Shown here piece by piece: positions 60,498-64,000 of a stretch of DNA of 64,000 nucleotides. Made by a program: the position numbers and the translations under genes. The notes beneath the pieces were generated by a model. That model worked only from the letters and a program-made list of their open reading frames with translations. It searched no databases and had not been told where the DNA came from. The stretch is from Treponemataceae bacterium (lineage in GTDB: Bacteria > Spirochaetota > Spirochaetia > Treponematales > Rectinemataceae), in the NCBI GenBank assembly GCA_963667725.2, contig CAXXHO010000005.1, positions 192,001 through 256,000 on the forward strand. Direction: 5' to 3'. The first letter of the stretch is position 1. Every line of letters begins with the position of its first letter.

Positions 60498-61747
60498 GTA
60501 CCCTGTAACATCTAAATATTTCCAGTGAGAACAGGATACAGTCGTTTAAGCTTTGTCCTTGCATCGTGAGTCGTGAATTGCCAATCAACACCGCGTTGAT
60601 TTTTGTTTCGGCCTACAGACCAACTTAAAAGTTCAGTATTCAATGTACCGAGACAATCTATATTTTTTTTTGCCAAGCACTGCCGACCAAGGGCAGAAAG
60701 TTCAATTTCAGTAATATTGAGCCAACTCTCATGTTTTGGTGTGTAGTGAATCTCCAGCCGCTGGGAGAGTTCGAATGCTTTCCATGGTGGGAATGAATCG
60801 TATAACGATGAGATCCCATGGGTATTCAAATTATCCATTACGAGAACGATCTTTTCAGCTGCCGGATAATCAACCGTGAGAAGATGTTCAATTTGATTTG
60901 CCCAGTCAACACGGGTTCGATGTTCATGAGCGTCAGCGGCTCGCCACCCTTTCAATGGTTCAGTGAACAGAAAAATACTGCAGGTACCCTTGCAGACATA
61001 TTCGGGATCTTGCCGCTCTGGTTTTCCTTTCTTCATAGAAATACGGCGGCGTCGATCAGCCATTAATTGAATCGGCTTTTCGTCCATGCATACCACCGGA
61101 CGATGAACGTTATAAGGCCTGCTATATACCTCTAGGACATCTTCCATGGCGGCAACAAAGCGGCCATTGTGCTGGGGAGGAATGCACCAGCATTTCTTCA
61201 GGTGCGGCTTAAATTCGTTTTTTTTAATGTCCGATTGATCGTCATTGGAGAAATGGAATCGATAATGCCGAGTTCAACGCATTTATCGGCCAATAATCGA
61301 ACCGTCCAACGCGAATACCCTTCAGGAGGACTACTGCAGCACAAGGCGATGATGTGCGCCTCAACATCGCCAGTAACCTTTGGTGCGACAGGCGGTGTTG
61401 CCCTTTTCTTTCTCTGAAGAAAGGATTCAAGAGAAGGGCTGCGCAAGAAAGCGTCTTTAACGACTTGTATTGTTTGCCTACTTACCTGACAGGTCGAAGC
61501 AATTTGCTCATCATGAAGCGGTAGATGGCCGGTTGAAGTATCCAGGGCAAGAATTATTTGAGCTCTTCGGGTAAGCCGCACGCTTTTCGATCCATGAGAT
61601 AAAAAGGCAAGCAACGTGGTACGCTGCTCCGAGGATAACACGATCTTTTTCTTGGTCTTTGCCATACCGCTACCCTCCTTAATGGTACACCATTTAGAGG
61701 GTAGCATGGGAAACATTTATTGTAAACTATTAGCTGTTACACAGTAC
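60498..61747 (-). mobile_element. IS630-family insertion sequence
   Basis: Imperfect TIRs GTACCCTGTAACATCTAA / GTACTGTGTAACAGCTAA, each flanked by TA (60496-97, 61748-49). Confidence 0.88.
60512..61665 (-). CDS. IS630 transposase in two frames joined by a -1 frameshift
   Basis: orfA HTH (RWTVRLLA); A8 slip site at 61218-25 gives [20 protein letters not shown] motifs CMDEKP, MDNLNTH, WLN..EIE. Confidence 0.82.
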
Positions 61748-61749
61748 TA

Positions 61750-62493
61750 GTCATAGTCGATCATTGCCGAGGCGAAAAGCACAAACTCAAAATCCAGCTC
61801 CTTAACGATGTCGGATTCATCGCCCCATTTCGCCTGCTTCGCCTTGATACGTTGGGCGGTTTCCAGATAGACGCCCCGGAGTCACCAGTGAAGATCATTA
61901 GGCAACACCGTCTCGATCTTTTCATGGTCCTGCGGACTTAAGTCGGTGTACTGATCCAGCTGGGTTTTCAGCCGCTGCATTTCCTTGAAAAGGTTGATGA
62001 ATTGACCTCGCGCCGTATCGCCTTTAAGGTTGGCTACCTCTTCCGACGCGAACTCCAGACCTTGAGATTTCATGAACGTATTCAAAGCCAAAACGGCTTT
62101 TCCAAGATTGCCGATCATTGTCGGCGCTGGATCGACCAGCCAGATTTCCTTAGCCCGATCCGTATTCTCCCCTGAGAAAAGGGCGATCGCCTCGTTTACC
62201 GCATCCTGCTGCTGGCGGAAATCCAAAATATTGCCATAAGGTTTGGTGTCGTTGAGGATACAGTTGGTGCGGGAAAAAGCCTGTATCAGGCCATGGTACT
62301 TGAGGTTTTTGTCGACATACAGGGTATTGAGATACTTGGAGTCAAAACCGGTCAGGAGCATGTCCACCACGATGACCAGATCGATTTTTTCCTCATAAGG
62401 AGAATCTTGGTTGGTATACTGCTGATCCTTTATGCGCTTCTGGACATCCTGATAGTACAGGTCAAATTCGTTGATAGTGTGGTTCGTTTTATA
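61750..62493 (-). pseudogene. hsdR: Type I R-M endonuclease, internal fragment
   Basis: IDLVIVVDMLLTGFDS, LIQAFSRTN; in-frame TGA at 61882-84, then LRGVYLETA...IDYD cut by the IS630; N-terminal part absent. Confidence 0.88.
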
Positions 62494-62755
62494 ACAGGCG
62501 ATGGGAGTACTTAAGCTCAATAAGTTTTTCAATGAAATTTTGTTCTATCTGACTTTCGTTGGTCATTATCATATCCTACTCGATAAATGGCGAGAATTAA
62601 ACTGTTTCTAAATAGTACCTGGAACAAAATTTGCACCGCGCTGACGCGAACCTTGTCCAAAACCCAGCGCAGCTCACTTATTCATAGCTTTCCTGCAAAA
62701 ATCCTGCTCCCGTCCTGTTATCGTGTCAAAATTTCTTATCAAATTAGTAGTCAAC

Positions 62756-62786
62756 AAAAAAGGCCGCCCGGGAGCCCGGGCAGCCT
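62756..62786 (-). terminator. Intrinsic terminator of the right-hand ABC operon
   Basis: Minus strand reads AGGCTGCCCGGGCTCCCGGGCGGCC-TTTTTT. Confidence 0.8.
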
Positions 62787-62813
62787 GAAGGAACAAAGCT
62801 TTGTCGAATAACG

Positions 62814-63320
62814 TTATTGCGGGAGCACAGCGTCGGGAGGAACTTCGAGAGCGGTTTCGTCCACGACGGGCGAATCGCCGCCGAACTGGATACTCTGCGG
62901 CGAATCCACGGCGGGAGAGGAATCCTGTTCCTGGAGAACGGTGAAAGGCTTGAGATAGGGCTCGACGCCGGCTATCAGCTTGGGCACCTCGAGAAGCACC
63001 ATGTCCTGGCCGAGCGGCACGCTGAAGGCGGACTCGACGATCTTCCCGTCGGCGAAAATCTCCACCTTGACCCTGTGCTTCTGACCCTGGACGATGGCCT
63101 TGTCCCTGTCCCCCGGGTAGTATTCGAAGGCTTCCTGGTTGTCGATCTGGACCGACATGCCATCGATGGCTAGTATGCTGCCGTCCTCTGAATCCTTGTT
63201 GTCGATCAGGATGGTATGCCGCTTGCCCGTCATAAGCATGATGATGACGACGGCGATGTACACGAGCACGAGAATGGACCGCACGACGAAGGAACGGTTC
63301 CTGAATGAAATCGCTTTCAT
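62814..63320 (-). CDS. Membrane-anchored conserved hypothetical protein (DUF6672-like), ABC-operon associated
   Basis: N-terminal TM, GKRHTILIDNK; start overlaps the permease stop. Confidence 0.65.
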   Translation of the reverse strand: MKAISFRNRSFVVRSILVLVYIAVVIIMLMTGKRHTILIDNKDSEDGSILAIDGMSVQIDNQEAFEYYPGDRDKAIVQGQKHRVKVEIFADGKIVESAFSVPLGQDMVLLEVPKLIAGVEPYLKPFTVLQEQDSSPAVDSPQSIQFGGDSPVVDETALEVPPDAVLPQ

Positions 63321-64000
63321 GCCTGACCTCCCTCATCCTTGCCTTTTCCGGCCGCCCCGCCCCTTAAGTCCGACCTCGAGTTGAAGATAGCCTTTCTGGA
63401 TTTCCAGGCGTAGAGCACGAGGGAAAGAGCGATGACGCCGTAGCCGATGAACTGGCGGAAATACTCGCCTACCATGGCCGAGCCGAAGAGATTCTGGCCG
63501 GCGAGAGGCGACACGATGAACATCGCGTGGAGAAGAATGACGCCGATGAAGACGTTGGGAATGCTGGCGTGGGTGACCGAGGCCCCACCGACGAGGATGG
63601 CCGCGGCGGCGAAGAAGCTCGTCTGGTCATGGGCGTTGTAGGTGGCCAGGTTGCCCATGTTCTGGAGGAAGATGAGCTGCCCGGCGCAGGCGAGGACGGT
63701 CGATATGATGATCGCCACGATGCGGGTCTTCTCGACGGGAATGCCCGCCGCCTCGGCGACGGTCATGTCCTGGCCGACGGCCCTCATGTCCTGGCCCAGC
63801 TTCGTCTTCTTGAACCAGACGATGAAGACGCAGAGAAGGGCGATGATGATCAGGGTCACGACGGGGACGTCGAAGCCGCCCAGCTTCAGCATGAATATGG
63901 TGTCCAGGGACTGGCGCACCGATTCCAGGTTGAGGGTGTTGCGGATGCCGTAGCCTCGCGAGAGGAGGATGGAGGCGTTCCTCATCGGAATCACCGAGCC
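63317..64000 (-). CDS. Sugar-type ABC transporter permease (5' end outside window)
   Basis: TKLGQDMRAVGQD...AEAAGI, AAILVGGASV. Confidence 0.88.
   Translation of the reverse strand, partial: GSVIPMRNASILLSRGYGIRNTLNLESVRQSLDTIFMLKLGGFDVPVVTLIIIALLCVFIVWFKKTKLGQDMRAVGQDMTVAEAAGIPVEKTRIVAIIISTVLACAGQLIFLQNMGNLATYNAHDQTSFFAAAAILVGGASVTHASIPNVFIGVILLHAMFIVSPLAGQNLFGSAMVGEYFRQFIGYGVIALSLVLYAWKSRKAIFNSRSDLRGGAAGKGKDEGGQA

Larger units (their letters stand above)
44334..62750. mobile_element. AT-richer genomic island (boundaries approximate)
   Basis: Abrupt visible drop in GC and change in codon usage; three IS elements, a catabolic operon and a decayed defence locus. No integrase or att repeat found. 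Confidence 0.7.

Noticed and set aside
1..64000. CRISPR array, rRNA, tRNA or prophage
   Set aside because: No regularly spaced repeats, RNA gene signatures or phage genes seen by eye.

Overview
Bacterial chromosomal window. The GC-rich backbone looks like a free-living anaerobic spirochaete, inferred from gene content and not from a database search. Backbone genes: recQ (partial), a cadA-type ATPase with an ArsR regulator, ftsK, uppP, slyD, leuS, three TRAP transporters, a lower meta-cleavage operon without a dioxygenase, a two-aldolase sugar-acid operon and a GGDEF protein. Three accessory modules stand out. (1) At about 4.7-13.1 kb, a sigma54-driven sugar ABC operon has a cognate histidine kinase fused to a degenerate sugar-ABC ATPase domain. 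(2) At about 13.9-16.9 kb, a stand-alone C39 peptidase, a FapF-like beta-barrel and a lipoprotein face a Sec-signal/double-glycine precursor with an NlpC/P60-like domain and a small secreted partner. This looks like a Fap-like export machine used for a toxin-immunity pair. (3) At about 44.3-62.75 kb, a visibly AT-richer island carries two IS1634 elements, one IS630, an LsrF-like sugar operon ending in buk-ptb, and a wrecked type I R-M/prrC locus. No rRNA, tRNA or CRISPR array was seen. All family calls come from motif recognition by eye.
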